The notes under the pieces are model-generated. The model was not told the DNA's origin. It did not search any database and saw nothing but the letters and a program-made list of their open reading frames with translations. 64,000 bases of DNA from an uncultured Phycisphaerales bacterium (GTDB taxonomy: Bacteria > Planctomycetota > Phycisphaerae > Tepidisphaerales > Tepidisphaeraceae): assembly GCA_963758525.1 (NCBI GenBank), contig CAVWVQ010000003.1, positions 2,688,001 through 2,752,000 of the forward strand. The letters are read 5' to 3'. This document shows, in pieces, positions 51,498-61,755 of the stretch (position 1 is its first letter; every line of letters starts with the position of its first letter). A program made the translations under genes and the position numbers.

Positions 51498-51773
51498 TTA
51501 TTGCGACGCGATCGTGGCGGAGCGGCCAAGCCAATGCCGGCGGAGCCAGGCAACTTCGGCTTCGAGTGCCTTGCTGCGTTTGGCGAACGGCCCGAGCTTC
51601 GGCCCCGCCACTGGAGCCAGGTCCGCCCACCAGCGTCCGTGCTCATCGGGCTCGCAGTGACTGGCCCGGCGGACCCGGATGTCGCCCAGCCGAGCGAGAT
51701 CCAGGTCGTCGGTGTAGATGCAACTGGCGGTTCCGTCCGGGTCGATCACCAGTTCAATGATCTCGCCCGTCAC
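51498..51773 (-). CDS. Conserved small hypothetical protein
   Basis: Coupled to the upstream gene; IRVRRASHCEPD..WWADL.PV.GP.LGPF. Confidence 0.8.
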   Translation of the reverse strand: MTGEIIELVIDPDGTASCIYTDDLDLARLGDIRVRRASHCEPDEHGRWWADLAPVAGPKLGPFAKRSKALEAEVAWLRRHWLGRSATIASQ

Positions 51774-52759
51774 GATGCCGCCGGCCCGTTCTGTCCCGCC
51801 GGCTGGCGGAGGATGCGGCGACGGGGTGCGTCCACGAGCATCTGGTCGAGGTGCGCTTGCACCGCTGAAAGCTGGCTGGTGAGATGGTCGCGGAGCGACT
51901 CGTTGTTGCGGACGACGGTGGGGTCCACGCCGGCCAACGTGCGCTGGGCCGTGTCCACCAGACGGTCGAGGTCACCGTTGGAACGCACGTTGAGTCCGCG
52001 GAACCGCTCGAAGAACTGGTTGAGGTTCTTCACGGCAGAGTCCCGGAAGATTTTCTTCTCGCCGGACGGGTCGGCGGTAAGCCGCTCGATCAGATGGGAA
52101 ACCAGCTTGCCAAACTCGGCCACAAAAGCCTGTTCTGCAAGTTGCACGGCTTCATCGAACCGCTGAGCAATGCGCTGGCGTTCCTGCTGATACAGACGCG
52201 GGTTGAGCCGGAGCAAATACTCTGGCGGCTCGACGGATGGAAAATCAAACTCGACGCCGAACAAGCCGCGCAGTGTCGGCGGATAATCGTTCGGGTTGAA
52301 CAGCCGGCCAAGCCGATCCCGCGCTGCCAGCTTGAGCTGCTCAAAGTGCTCGTCGAGGTTCTCCACCGCCGTCAACAACTCCTGGCGAAGATCCGTCATG
52401 CGGGAGTTGAACGGGTCCACGTCATCCTGTGGGACGAGCCGCACGCCATTCTCGGGATACGGCAGGGACATGCCCTTCCAATACGAGATGATCTGCGAGC
52501 GGACGGCGGTCACGGCCCGGAAGGCTTCATGTTTGTTGTCGAGAAGCTTCTTGGCGGCGCTGAAGAATGCCGCTTCGGCACCGAAGCTGTCGGCGGCCTG
52601 GGCTTTTTGCTCAGACGTCAGCGCCTTGCGCGTGCCGAACCAGGTAAACATGACGCGGGTGGCGGCAAAGTTGAGCCGCAGTCGTTGGGCGGCTGCGGTG
52701 TTGGTCGTACTGGAAGCCGACGCGGCGCGCCGGCTGGGACGATCGACGGCCATAGTCAT
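51770..52759 (-). CDS. Hypothetical protein (DUF3150-like)
   Basis: AAAGGA RBS; SAAKKLLD, LPYPENGVRLV, LFNPNDYP; family assignment tentative. Confidence 0.7.
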   Translation of the reverse strand: MTMAVDRPSRRAASASSTTNTAAAQRLRLNFAATRVMFTWFGTRKALTSEQKAQAADSFGAEAAFFSAAKKLLDNKHEAFRAVTAVRSQIISYWKGMSLPYPENGVRLVPQDDVDPFNSRMTDLRQELLTAVENLDEHFEQLKLAARDRLGRLFNPNDYPPTLRGLFGVEFDFPSVEPPEYLLRLNPRLYQQERQRIAQRFDEAVQLAEQAFVAEFGKLVSHLIERLTADPSGEKKIFRDSAVKNLNQFFERFRGLNVRSNGDLDRLVDTAQRTLAGVDPTVVRNNESLRDHLTSQLSAVQAHLDQMLVDAPRRRILRQPAGQNGPAAS

Positions 52760-53009
52760 AGGAGTCCTTTCGTGAAAAGAGGGGGGTGATTCGTTGGCCA
52801 ATCAGAGTGGCGGTTGCGATGTCGCGAAAAATGCGACGCAACTGACGGCAAATGAGCCACGTATGGGACGGTCGTTGAGTTAACTGACGTTTTGGAGGGC
52901 GTAATTCAGGGCGTCAGCCGTGAAAAACGCCTCAGCGTGGCGGGGATGGGCATCGCGGGGGGCGCAGGCCCCTTTCCCGGTGCGGAAAGTACCAGACGCG
53001 GGATTCGCG

Positions 53010-54506
53010 TCAGTTGTTGGATGGTCGGGACACACGCCGGTTGCTCGGTGCAGCGGGTTCAGCGGTTGCACGGACATAAATCCCCGGTCGGCTGGCATCG
53101 AGACACCGACCCGCCGCCCACGCCCGCAACCTGTCCACGGATTCTGCCGCAGTGACGGCAACGGGCACGACATTTTTGGCGGCATCGATGAGCGGCATAT
53201 CCAGCAGCGCCGCCAGACGGCAGCACGACTGGATTTCCGCGCCGGTCCAGTCCCGGTCATCGGGGCGCTGAGCCCTGGGGTCGTGGCCGTAGCGGGCCAG
53301 ATGGATTGGCCAGATCTTGTCTTTCTCTGCACGGCCCGGCAGGTCAATGAAGAACACCGCGTCAAACCTCTCGGCGCGGGTGAACTCGGGCGGCAGCCGG
53401 GTGATGTCGTTCGCCGTCATGATGAAGAAGATGTCGCTTTCGTGATCGGACATGAACGAGAGGAGCGACCCGAAGAGCCGAGAGGTGACGCCGCTGTCAC
53501 CGCTGGATGAGGCTCCGGCCAGCGCCTTGTCCGCTTCATCCAGAAACACATTGCAAGGTGCCATGGCTTTGGCGAGGGAGAAGACCTGCCTCGTCCGCTC
53601 TTCGGTTTGACCCACCAGAGATCCCATCAGTGCGCCGGTGTTCAACACGAGCGTGGGCCGGCCGGTTTCATTGCCCAGGGCCTTGCAGAATAAACTCTTT
53701 CCGGCCCCCGGAAGTGATACCAGCATCAGCCCGTGGGCCACGGCCCGACCGGAGCCACTGGCGCGAATGATCCGCTTGCTGAAATCCTTCAGCGGCTCAA
53801 GTCCGCCGAGATCGGCGAACGTCTCACCGCCGCAGTAGAGCGAAACCAGCCCGGACTTCTTGAGCATGCTGCCCTTGAGTTCCCAGATGCTCTGCGGTTC
53901 CAGCCTGCGATGGCGGACGAGCGAGAGACTGAAGGCCGATTCCGCCTCGACACGGGTCAAGCCAGCCGCCGCGTCCAGGAGCCGTTGCAGATCCTCGCCC
54001 TTGGGCATCTCGCCTTTCTCCGTGGCGATGCCGCTGGCGATGGTCTGGAGCTGTTCTCGGTCGGGAAGCTCATGCTCGATCACCACGAAGCATTTCTCCA
54101 GCTCGATGGGGATTTGCACGATGGGGGAGAGAATCACGATGAACGTGCGGTTGTTTTTCCCGGCTTGGATTTGGTGGGCCAGGGCTTGGACGATCGCGTT
54201 GGATTCGCTGGACTGGAGAAAACGATGGAAGTTGGGAAGCACAAGCAACGCCGAGCTGTCGGTTTTGGCCAGGGCGTTGAGCGCCCGGATGGCGGCGACT
54301 GGATCGGTGGCGTTGGTCGCGGCAGCCTGGCCGTTATTACCCGCAACGGACAGACCTCTGTCCACGTCCCAGGTCGCCAGTGCCCACTTGTTCTGGCGGG
54401 CGAGCTGGGCGATCTCGCGCAGGGCATCGTGATGTTCCGCCGACTTTATCCAGATGCCGGTGAATGCGGCGGCGATGTATTCGGTGAGACGGGTAGCGAG
54501 GGTCAT
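53010..54506 (-). CDS. AAA+ ATPase (Ycf46-like)
   Basis: DLGGLEPLK, PGAGKS, FLDEADK, TANDITRLPPEFTRAERFDAVFFIDLP, WTGAEI. Confidence 0.92.
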   Translation of the reverse strand: MTLATRLTEYIAAAFTGIWIKSAEHHDALREIAQLARQNKWALATWDVDRGLSVAGNNGQAAATNATDPVAAIRALNALAKTDSSALLVLPNFHRFLQSSESNAIVQALAHQIQAGKNNRTFIVILSPIVQIPIELEKCFVVIEHELPDREQLQTIASGIATEKGEMPKGEDLQRLLDAAAGLTRVEAESAFSLSLVRHRRLEPQSIWELKGSMLKKSGLVSLYCGGETFADLGGLEPLKDFSKRIIRASGSGRAVAHGLMLVSLPGAGKSLFCKALGNETGRPTLVLNTGALMGSLVGQTEERTRQVFSLAKAMAPCNVFLDEADKALAGASSSGDSGVTSRLFGSLLSFMSDHESDIFFIMTANDITRLPPEFTRAERFDAVFFIDLPGRAEKDKIWPIHLARYGHDPRAQRPDDRDWTGAEIQSCCRLAALLDMPLIDAAKNVVPVAVTAAESVDRLRAWAAGRCLDASRPGIYVRATAEPAAPSNRRVSRPSNN

Positions 54507-54889
54507 GAAATTCTCCTGTGGGTATGAGTGATTCGAACGTGAGGAAACGACGGGCGATTCAGCGGTGGTTGTCACGCCGAAATGGGCGGGTACGGTAATG
54601 GCTCAAATGCTGACTGGAAGTACGGAGATCAAAAAAACTGTCGCCGAAACTTGAAGCTGAAATCGCCGAAATCATCAAACGCGAATGTCCCGGGGAAAAC
54701 ACCCGGCCGAACCAAGCCAGAAACAGACGCAGAGCCCGCTGCGCGAGAAGGTAGGGCAGTAGAGGGCGGAAAGTAGGCATCAGAAACTGGCGCGTGACTC
54801 AATGAGAATATTCAATCCCGGAGCGGCCACTCACCCCCGATAACGGGCGAACCCGTCGAGTGTGCGCCTGATGACGTATTGTCCTTCCC

Positions 54890-56845
54890 TCAACGGGCAC
54901 GGCGCGGAGACAGCGTGATGCTGCGGCGCGAACGGCGTTGCTCCCCAAGGTGCTTGCCGTAATACGTCAGAATATCGCCGCGTGTAATGATTCCCGCGAG
55001 TTTGGCACGATCGCGCTGAATCACGGGCAGCCGGCCGACGTGGTGGTGGATCATATGATCGATCGCGTCACGCAGCGTCGAATCATCGTAGACCACCACC
55101 GGCGGACGCTTCAGAAGTTGCCGGAGCATCAGACCTTCCGCGACGCGCGGATCCGTGACATCACGGCGGGTGACGACGCCCACCAGATCACCGAAATCGT
55201 TGACGATCGGAAAACCATGATGCTTCGCGTCTGGCGCGCCGCTGTCGAGCCACGTCCGGGTAACCGCAACCGTCTGATCGGCGGGGAGCACAACCGTCTC
55301 TCCCGAGCAGGCGTCGCGGACCAGCACCTGCGCCAGAACATCAGCTCGGTATTCAACCGGAACGCGCACGCCCTGGCGATGCATCTTCTCGCTCATGATC
55401 GATGTGCGTGAAATCAACGTCGCCACGGTGTAGGAAGCTGCGCAGCCACATCGCGCCGGCAGGATTGCCCAGGGCTGCAGCGTCGTTTCGAACGCGAAGA
55501 CGACGCAGGTAAGCATCGCCCGCGAAGCACCGGCAAAGATCGCGACCATCCCCACCAGCGAGGCCACTCGGATGTCCAACGCGATGGCCGGATCGACACG
55601 ATGCGCGATCAGCGCGAGCACCGCGCCGAGCGATCCGCCGATGGTGAAGACCGGGGCGAGCGTGCCGCCAGCGGTACCGCTTCCCAGGGAGACCGTCCAC
55701 GTCAGGAATTTGAAAAGCAGGAGCAGCGAGGCTGCCCGCAGGGCAAGATCGCCGCTAAGCAGATGGTCGATGTTGAAGTATCCCGAACCGAGCGTGTAAG
55801 GGGCGACATAGCCAATCACTCCGACCACGAGTGCGCCGACTGCGGGATGCCACATCCAGTGACACGGGATGTGCTCGAAGAGATGCTCCACGAGATACAC
55901 CGCCTCGGTCATGATGACGGCGGCAACCCCCATGATCCCACCGAGAATGGTCCAGATGGTGATCTCCAGATAGCTCGCCGGCACAAACGGCCCACCGCCG
56001 ATCTTGAAGAACGGCTCGAAGCCTTCAAAGTGATAATGAACCACGGACGCGACGGCGCATGCCATTGCAACCGGGATGATCGAGCGCGGACTGAACTCGA
56101 AGAGAAGCAGTTCGATGGCAAGCAACACCGCCGCGACGGGACATCCAAATGCCGCCGCGATTCCCGCCGCCGCCCCGGCGGCGAGCAGTATCTTGCGCTC
56201 GGACGGCGTGGTGTGGAGTAACTGTCCGACCAACGATCCGAGCGCCCCGCCGGTTGCGATGATCGGCCCTTCCGCGCCGAATGGCCCGCCGGTGCCGATG
56301 GAAACGGCCGCCGACAGTGGCTTCAGGAACGTCATCTTCGGCGGAACCCGGCTCTGGTTGAGCAGCACCTGTTCCATCGCCTCGGGGATCCCGTGCCCCG
56401 CCACCTGCCGCGAGCCGTAGCGGGCGAGCAGCCCGATCAATATCGCTCCCGCAACCGGAATAAGAACGATCCACAATCCCAAATGATTCGCCCCCATCGT
56501 CTGCGGCGGCGTCCCATGCTGAATCGAAAGCCGGCCATAGAACGAGAGATTGGTAATCAGCCAGATGGTCCGTATCAAAACCTGAGACAGCAATCCCGCC
56601 AGCAATCCGATCAGGATGCACAGGCAGGAGATAAACAGAACCCTCGCATCGAGCGGATTGGATTGCACCGGCAGCTTCGCGTCTGCCAGCGTCGGCCCCA
56701 TCGATAGGGAGATCGGCAATCCGTCCGTGGTCGAAGCCGCCCGAACCTTCTGTTCGGCCGCGTCACTCTTATTTTCCGCGCTCAACGCTTCCGCCTGGTC
56801 AGGGGTGAGGGAAGCAACGTATAGACGAGCACGGAATGTTGTCAA
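54890..56845 (-). CDS. ClC-family chloride channel/antiporter with CBS pair (start uncertain)
   Basis: GHGIPE, GPFGAEGP, GTAGGTLAP; two C-terminal CBS domains. Confidence 0.95.
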   Translation of the reverse strand: MTTFRARLYVASLTPDQAEALSAENKSDAAEQKVRAASTTDGLPISLSMGPTLADAKLPVQSNPLDARVLFISCLCILIGLLAGLLSQVLIRTIWLITNLSFYGRLSIQHGTPPQTMGANHLGLWIVLIPVAGAILIGLLARYGSRQVAGHGIPEAMEQVLLNQSRVPPKMTFLKPLSAAVSIGTGGPFGAEGPIIATGGALGSLVGQLLHTTPSERKILLAAGAAAGIAAAFGCPVAAVLLAIELLLFEFSPRSIIPVAMACAVASVVHYHFEGFEPFFKIGGGPFVPASYLEITIWTILGGIMGVAAVIMTEAVYLVEHLFEHIPCHWMWHPAVGALVVGVIGYVAPYTLGSGYFNIDHLLSGDLALRAASLLLLFKFLTWTVSLGSGTAGGTLAPVFTIGGSLGAVLALIAHRVDPAIALDIRVASLVGMVAIFAGASRAMLTCVVFAFETTLQPWAILPARCGCAASYTVATLISRTSIMSEKMHRQGVRVPVEYRADVLAQVLVRDACSGETVVLPADQTVAVTRTWLDSGAPDAKHHGFPIVNDFGDLVGVVTRRDVTDPRVAEGLMLRQLLKRPPVVVYDDSTLRDAIDHMIHHHVGRLPVIQRDRAKLAGIITRGDILTYYGKHLGEQRRSRRSITLSPRRAR

Positions 56846-57146
56846 CCGGAGATCGAGCCCGTTGCTGATTCAAGCGTGACCGAATATTCCGAAATCCAAG
56901 CGCATCAGCCATCGAGTTGCTCGGCCATTTGCAGGGCTCGTTTCGCAAATGGCTCCAACCCCAATGGGCACCGCTTCCCCAACACATCGAGGTCAATCAC
57001 CTTGGCCGGCGCGGCGTATAGTGTAGCAAGGCTCAGCTCAACGCCTGCCTCATCACGAACTGCGGTGCAAATGAGGAGGCTCGGGCAGAGGTAACTGTTT
57101 ACCGCACGGATTCTGTGAGTGCCCCGGATCGGAGTTTGAGGCATTG

Positions 57147-57192
57147 TGTAGCGGGGTCGCTGAACCCGGACCGGCGTCAGCGACGCCGACTA
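57147..57192. repeat. GTAG-type REP-like inverted pair / stem-loop
   Basis: TGTAGCGGGGTCGCTGA...TCAGCGACGCCGACTA. Confidence 0.55.
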
Positions 57193-57880
57193 GTGCGCCT
57201 GAAAGCGTAAGAGATCTGAGAGGTGCAAGTCCTCTCCGGGCAAACGTTCTCCGGCCCGTAACCGAGAGTAACTGCGTGGCCGCGAGGCCAGGTGGAGAGC
57301 AACAGGAGGTGAATGACCAGTCCGCAACGCAAGTGAACTCGATTCGGCCGGATGTGGTGGCGAGCCTGCTACGGTGGGCGACCGCATCGTTCAAGGCGCG
57401 GTCCGTCACGCGATCGAACCGATCTTCGAGAAGGAGTTTGCCCAGCACAGCTACGGCTTTCGCCCCGGCAGGGGATGCAAAGACGGGTTGCGGCGGGTGG
57501 ATGGACTTCTCAAGAGCGGACATCGTTACGTGGTGGACGCGGACCTCAAGAGCTACTTCGACACGATCCCGCACGACCTGCTGATGAAGCAGATCGGCAA
57601 GCGGGTGGCGGATGGCCGGGTGCTGAACCTGATCGAGTCATTCCTTGAAGCCAAAATCATGGAAGGGCTGGAGCAGTGGACGCCGATGGCCGGTTCGCCG
57701 CAGGGCGCGGTGTTGTCGCCATTATTGAGCAATATCTATCTGAACCCGCTGGATCATCTGATGGCGGGCAAAGGATACGAGATGGTTCGATACGCCGACG
57801 ACTTCGTGATCCTCTGCCAGTCGGAGGAAGATGCCCAGCGGGCGCTGGCCGAGGTGCGGCAATGGACGGCGCAAGCCAGA
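57193..57880 (+). mobile_element. Group II intron remnant (5' RNA end plus partial RT; class-C-like)
   Basis: Starts GTGCG immediately after a hairpin; RT fragment follows; no 3' domains V/VI. Confidence 0.85.
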
Positions 57881-57886
57881 CGGTGA
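57377..57886 (+). pseudogene. ltrA: Group II intron reverse transcriptase fragment
   Basis: DRIVQ, SYGFRPGRG, VVDADLKSYFDTIPH, PQGAVLSPLLSNIYL, RYADDF; both ends missing. Confidence 0.9.
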
Positions 57887-58212
57887 TTCAGCACGATCAG
57901 GCACCCCTGAACGCACATGTCATACGGCTGATGGTTCGTCTTGCAGAAGCTGAACCACAAACCGCCCGCCCCCTGTTGATGTGGGTGCCGCGGGCGAAAA
58001 ATCCGCGGGACATGGAACGGCTCCCACGGGCCGCTGGTGACGTGACCGTTAAAACAGATCTCGGCGTCAGTGAAGGTGGGATTGCCGTTGCCCTCTGCAT
58101 CGCCCAGCGGAATGTGCAGGGCCTCGCACAACCGCCGGCAATCTTCCACGGCGGCGACAAACTGCGGGCGCGGCAGAACCTCCAGCCGCTCCCAGTAATG
58201 GGTGTAGCCCAT
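57880..58212 (-). pseudogene. MGYTHYW-type hypothetical protein, 3'-truncated at the intron junction
   Basis: AAGGAG RBS; MGYTHYW..ICFNG..FCKTNHQPYD; runs into antisense RT sequence. Confidence 0.7.
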
Positions 58213-58256
58213 GTGATCTCCTTAAATTGTTGAGAAGAAAATGCCCCCGCAGTGAA

Positions 58257-59851
58257 TTACAGGAGCGGACCGAAGTCCCGGCGGATTTGGTCGGCGCAGA
58301 GCAGCATGATTCTGGCCGCTCGTCCGGCCAGCTTCTCCATCTCTTTGTGGAAGTCCCGCCCATGATGCGCATTGAGGTGATGTGCTGCCTCATGGATAAG
58401 TGTGGTGAGACTTTCTTCCCCCATGGGCTCCGTCCAGAGCCAGGGCGTGTCGATCCCCAACGTCAGTACATCGTCGCTGCTCCAGGTGGCGATCGCATTG
58501 ACGGGCGCAGTTGCGCCAGCGTGACCGAACAGATATCTGCTGTCCCGTAACCGTCGAGCAGCTTTTGGCAGAACCAGCGGGCGAACGCCATGACGTTCTC
58601 GACCCGGGCCTTGCCGCCTACCGACTCGATCAGTTGCCTGCGCCGCTGGCTGGCATTGTCTGTTTGTTCGTATACGTCGGCGACGGCAAAGCCTCCCGCT
58701 GCCGCGGCGGTGACCAGGACATGGTTGTGCTGGTTGACCACTTCGCGGGTGGTGGGGACGTGCTCCTGCAGGATCTGACGGAATCCACCCGATGTCTGCC
58801 GCGTGTCGATGACCGTCTTGCCGATCTCGCGGGCGTCTTCGTCGAACTGCCGCACGCCCATCGGCGGAACAGACCGCGCGATGTCATCGCCAAAGCCCAA
58901 GCGGATTACCTCCTTTTGAATATCGTCAGCGCACTGCGGCACGGCGCTGCCCACCCAGTCCGCCCGCACCTGCTCGCTGTTCATCTCGGCTAACAGCAGT
59001 GGTAAGCCGGCGCGGTGCAGTTTGACCAGATAGCCGCTGGCCACGGCATCCCGGCAGGGATTCATGGGGACGCGTTGCCGGATATTGGCGTGGTAGGGCA
59101 CGTCCCATTCCACCGGGCAAATGGGGATTCCCATCTCGTACACGGTCGGTTCCTCCCCGGCAGTGGCTTTCACGAGCTCAATGACGGTGTTGCGCACCGG
59201 TCGAATCCATCGGCCGGCGTCGAACAATTCCGTGGGGAGTCTTGATTCAACCGCGTGCGAAGTGTCACGGCGCTCGATGCGCCGGCCGTTCACCTGCAAT
59301 TCGGCTCCCTGTGGCACCAGCAGTCGGCGGAAGTATTCATCCAGTTCTGCAATGACCTCGGCTTTCCACGGCATGAGCATCCGCACCAGCGTTCCGGGAA
59401 TGGCTTCATTCCCGCCGACCTCCACCTGGCGGGTGATGCGGCGGCCCTTTTCGATCAGAAACTCAATGCGCCGCCCGCCGCTGGTGACGGTTGCGGTCTC
59501 CGCCAGGCAGAGCATTTCCTTGAAGCCGCGTCCCATCCTGCCGCGTTGAAGATGGGAGTCGGTCTTGCTGGTATGAAAGACCGTGCGGATGTCGGCCAGA
59601 TTGTCCATGCCGCATCCGTTGTCGCGGCAGGTGATCTGCAGGCCGCCGGGACGGTGTTCGGCGGTGAGCTCGATCCGTCCGCCACGATCGCCAATGGCAT
59701 CCAGGGCGTTTTGCACAAGCTCTTTGACCAGGTGGGCAGGCTCGCGCCCGGCATTCATTGCGGCGAAACCGTCCGTGCTCACGGCGAGCCAATCGTCGAT
59801 GACGGAGGGGTTGGCCAGGTCCCCTCCGTCGGCGCTGGGTGTCTTGTGCAT
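58257..59851 (-). CDS. GHKL (Hsp90/MORC-like) ATPase with C-terminal HExxH metallo-domain; frameshift near 58500
   Basis: KELVQNALDA, DNGCGM, GRMGRGFK; IHEAAHHLNAHHGRDF in the continuing frame. Confidence 0.8.
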
Positions 59852-59865
59852 GGTGATCGTTCCTT

Positions 59866-60696
59866 TCACGGTGAGATGTTATGACTACTTGTGCTCAACC
59901 TGCACGTGGCCGTCTGCTGCTGATCGGATTTGATTGCTCGTCGCCTGAGGCGACGGGGCTTGGGCGCGGGCTTCCCGGCTGGTGCCGGCAGTTGCTTTGG
60001 CTCCTCCGGGTCGTCGTACGCCGGGAAGTCGGCGCTGACGGGCATGACGACCGCCGCCGCCCGGCGTCCTGGACAGCGGGCATCGAGCCGGATCGGGCGA
60101 TTCGGTGCGACCGGCACGGTCATCACCACCGTGTTGTTTGTGTCCTCTGCGGCCAGGTCCGAGACCACCCGAAGCGTTTCGGCCAGTTGTTTGGCGTTGA
60201 CGCCAATGCGCGTATGGCTGAACGGGGCCGCGCCGTGGCGGCGCGGATCGTAGATACTTCCCTCCCGGCCCGGAGTGGGAAGAACCGCATCGCAGTCGGG
60301 GAACGCGGTCTGTTCGGCCAGGGCCTGCGTCCGGGTGACCTGACCGCCCGAGGTGGCGGCGATGCGAACGGTCGAGGCATCCGATTCATCCAGGAGCAGG
60401 TGCCCGAGGACCGGATTGGGCGTCGGGCGGGCGATCCCGCGGCCGGCCTGGGCCAGGGCCTTGGGCGGGACACTGGCGGCGAACTGGCGGACGTGACGGG
60501 GGTTCAGGCCCTCGATGGCCGGAAATTTGCCCGCCTCCGGTTCGTCCCACTGGAAGATGACGGCGCGGCGGCCATCTGTGGCGATGGCCCGTGGCCCCCG
60601 TTCGTGCCGCTCGATGCGGACAGTCGAGGGGCCAAAGCGGCCCGCGGCCTTGGCAACGATCTTGCCGAGGGCAACGATCTGCTTGGGCAGAAGCAT
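59866..60696 (-). CDS. Beta-sliding-clamp-like protein (partial DnaN-like fold)
   Basis: AIATDGRR, FPDCDAVLP, IGVNAKQL, PIRL, VVMPV resemble DnaN domain II/III motifs. Confidence 0.55.
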   Translation of the reverse strand: MLLPKQIVALGKIVAKAAGRFGPSTVRIERHERGPRAIATDGRRAVIFQWDEPEAGKFPAIEGLNPRHVRQFAASVPPKALAQAGRGIARPTPNPVLGHLLLDESDASTVRIAATSGGQVTRTQALAEQTAFPDCDAVLPTPGREGSIYDPRRHGAAPFSHTRIGVNAKQLAETLRVVSDLAAEDTNNTVVMTVPVAPNRPIRLDARCPGRRAAAVVMPVSADFPAYDDPEEPKQLPAPAGKPAPKPRRLRRRAIKSDQQQTATCRLSTSSHNISP

Positions 60697-60734
60697 GTAA
60701 AGCTCCTTTCGTTGGTAACGGGGTGAAGCGAACG

Positions 60735-60929
60735 TCAGCCGTTGCCCTGACGGATGGCCTGGTCAACGGTCTGGGTTTGATACATCTCGGCCGTGGGTTT
60801 ATCCGACTGCACGATGCCCAGCGCCTGCTCAATGAACTTGCTGGCGGCGCGGCAGGCGGAACCGGTGAAGCCTTTGGTAGTTACCGTGGTTTCGCCGGTC
60901 GGGCTGATGATGACTTCGATGGTTTTCAA
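60735..60929 (-). CDS. DUF2997-family protein
   Basis: IEVIISPTGET.VTTKGFTGSAC..ASKFIEQALG. Confidence 0.88.
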   Translation of the reverse strand: MKTIEVIISPTGETTVTTKGFTGSACRAASKFIEQALGIVQSDKPTAEMYQTQTVDQAIRQGNG

Positions 60930-61297
60930 GCGGCACCTCCGACGACCTGAACGGTCAGTTTGATGCTCCCATCGGACAGAGTTTGTTCAGCGACACGGTG
61001 GCCGACCCGGCGGGCTTCGATGGACGCCTTCTCCGCGGCATACGCCTGAAGCAGCTTGTCGAGCTCCGCCTGCGCGCCCCAGCGGCCGTTGTAGTTGTCG
61101 AACTGGACTTCCCCTGACTTGGTGTCGACCACGACGGGATAATTCCACCCCGGCAGTTTCACGATCAGGCCCGTTGCGTGGCCGGAGAACAGTTTCGCGG
61201 TGCCCGACACGGGCTCGGGCAATTTCAACCTTTGGCAGGCGGCAGCAACGCCGCCTGGATCGGTGAGTTTGGTTTTGATGTTCACGATGTGCGACAT
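60926..61297 (-). CDS. DUF1257 (Ycf35-like) protein
   Basis: MSHIVNIKT, FDNYNGRWG, LQAYA.EK, DGSIKLTV. Confidence 0.88.
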   Translation of the reverse strand: MSHIVNIKTKLTDPGGVAAACQRLKLPEPVSGTAKLFSGHATGLIVKLPGWNYPVVVDTKSGEVQFDNYNGRWGAQAELDKLLQAYAAEKASIEARRVGHRVAEQTLSDGSIKLTVQVVGGAA

Positions 61298-61362
61298 GGG
61301 TCACACCTCCTGTGTTGAGTTTTGAAATGAGAATGGACCAAAATTACAAAATAGTCGGGACT

Positions 61363-61725
61363 TCAAGTGAGCGTCAGGTGAGCGCCGCTTTCGGTCCTGT
61401 ACGCGATGCCACCTTTGCGGCGGAGTGCGTACACGACCTGGTAGCCCTCACCAAAGACCCGCGCCCATTCCGCCATGTTCTGACGGATCGCAGCCGTGGG
61501 CTCGCCGCACCAGAGCAGCCAGTTGTCATGCTCCTTGTCGTAGACAACGAGATGGAAAGACTTGAGTTTGAGCGGCGAGAACAGCGCCTTCTTCGCATCA
61601 TTCACCTCGACGTAGGGACGGCCAGAATCTCGTAATTCGTGTTCAACGTCGGCGAGAAGCGATCGGCGTTTGCGTGGGTGTTCCTCCTGCGCCGGCGCGG
61701 GAAGCGGCGTGGCGATTGCCGACAT
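61363..61725 (-). CDS. Hypothetical protein resembling the HYExAFE family
   Basis: PYVEVNDAKKALF..KLKSFHLVVY..W..VFG; the namesake motif is absent. Confidence 0.5.
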   Translation of the reverse strand: MSAIATPLPAPAQEEHPRKRRSLLADVEHELRDSGRPYVEVNDAKKALFSPLKLKSFHLVVYDKEHDNWLLWCGEPTAAIRQNMAEWARVFGEGYQVVYALRRKGGIAYRTESGAHLTLT

Positions 61726-61755
61726 GGTTGTTGTCTCCTTCGATTTTGGGCCGGG

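Noticed and set aside
54862..54871. GTGCGCCTGA identical to the intron's first 10 nt, flanking the ClC gene
   Set aside because: Similarity stops after 10 bp; plausible by chance in GC-rich DNA.
57374..57886. RT as a retron, DGR or defence RT
   Set aside because: Motifs and the upstream GTGCG 5' end are those of a group II intron; it is truncated and no TR/VR pair was found.
1060..58510. Single-base frameshifts (about 1072, 9130, 9855, 28318, 32560, 34940, 42030, 58504) as programmed frameshifting or mass pseudogenisation
   Set aside because: Several are one missing base in a short homopolymer with otherwise intact genes, typical of long-read consensus error; cannot be resolved without reads.
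43244..60726. Long plus-strand ORFs opposite Ku, the membrane proteins, the AAA ATPase and others
   Set aside because: Antisense shadows of high-GC coding genes with no motifs or RBS.
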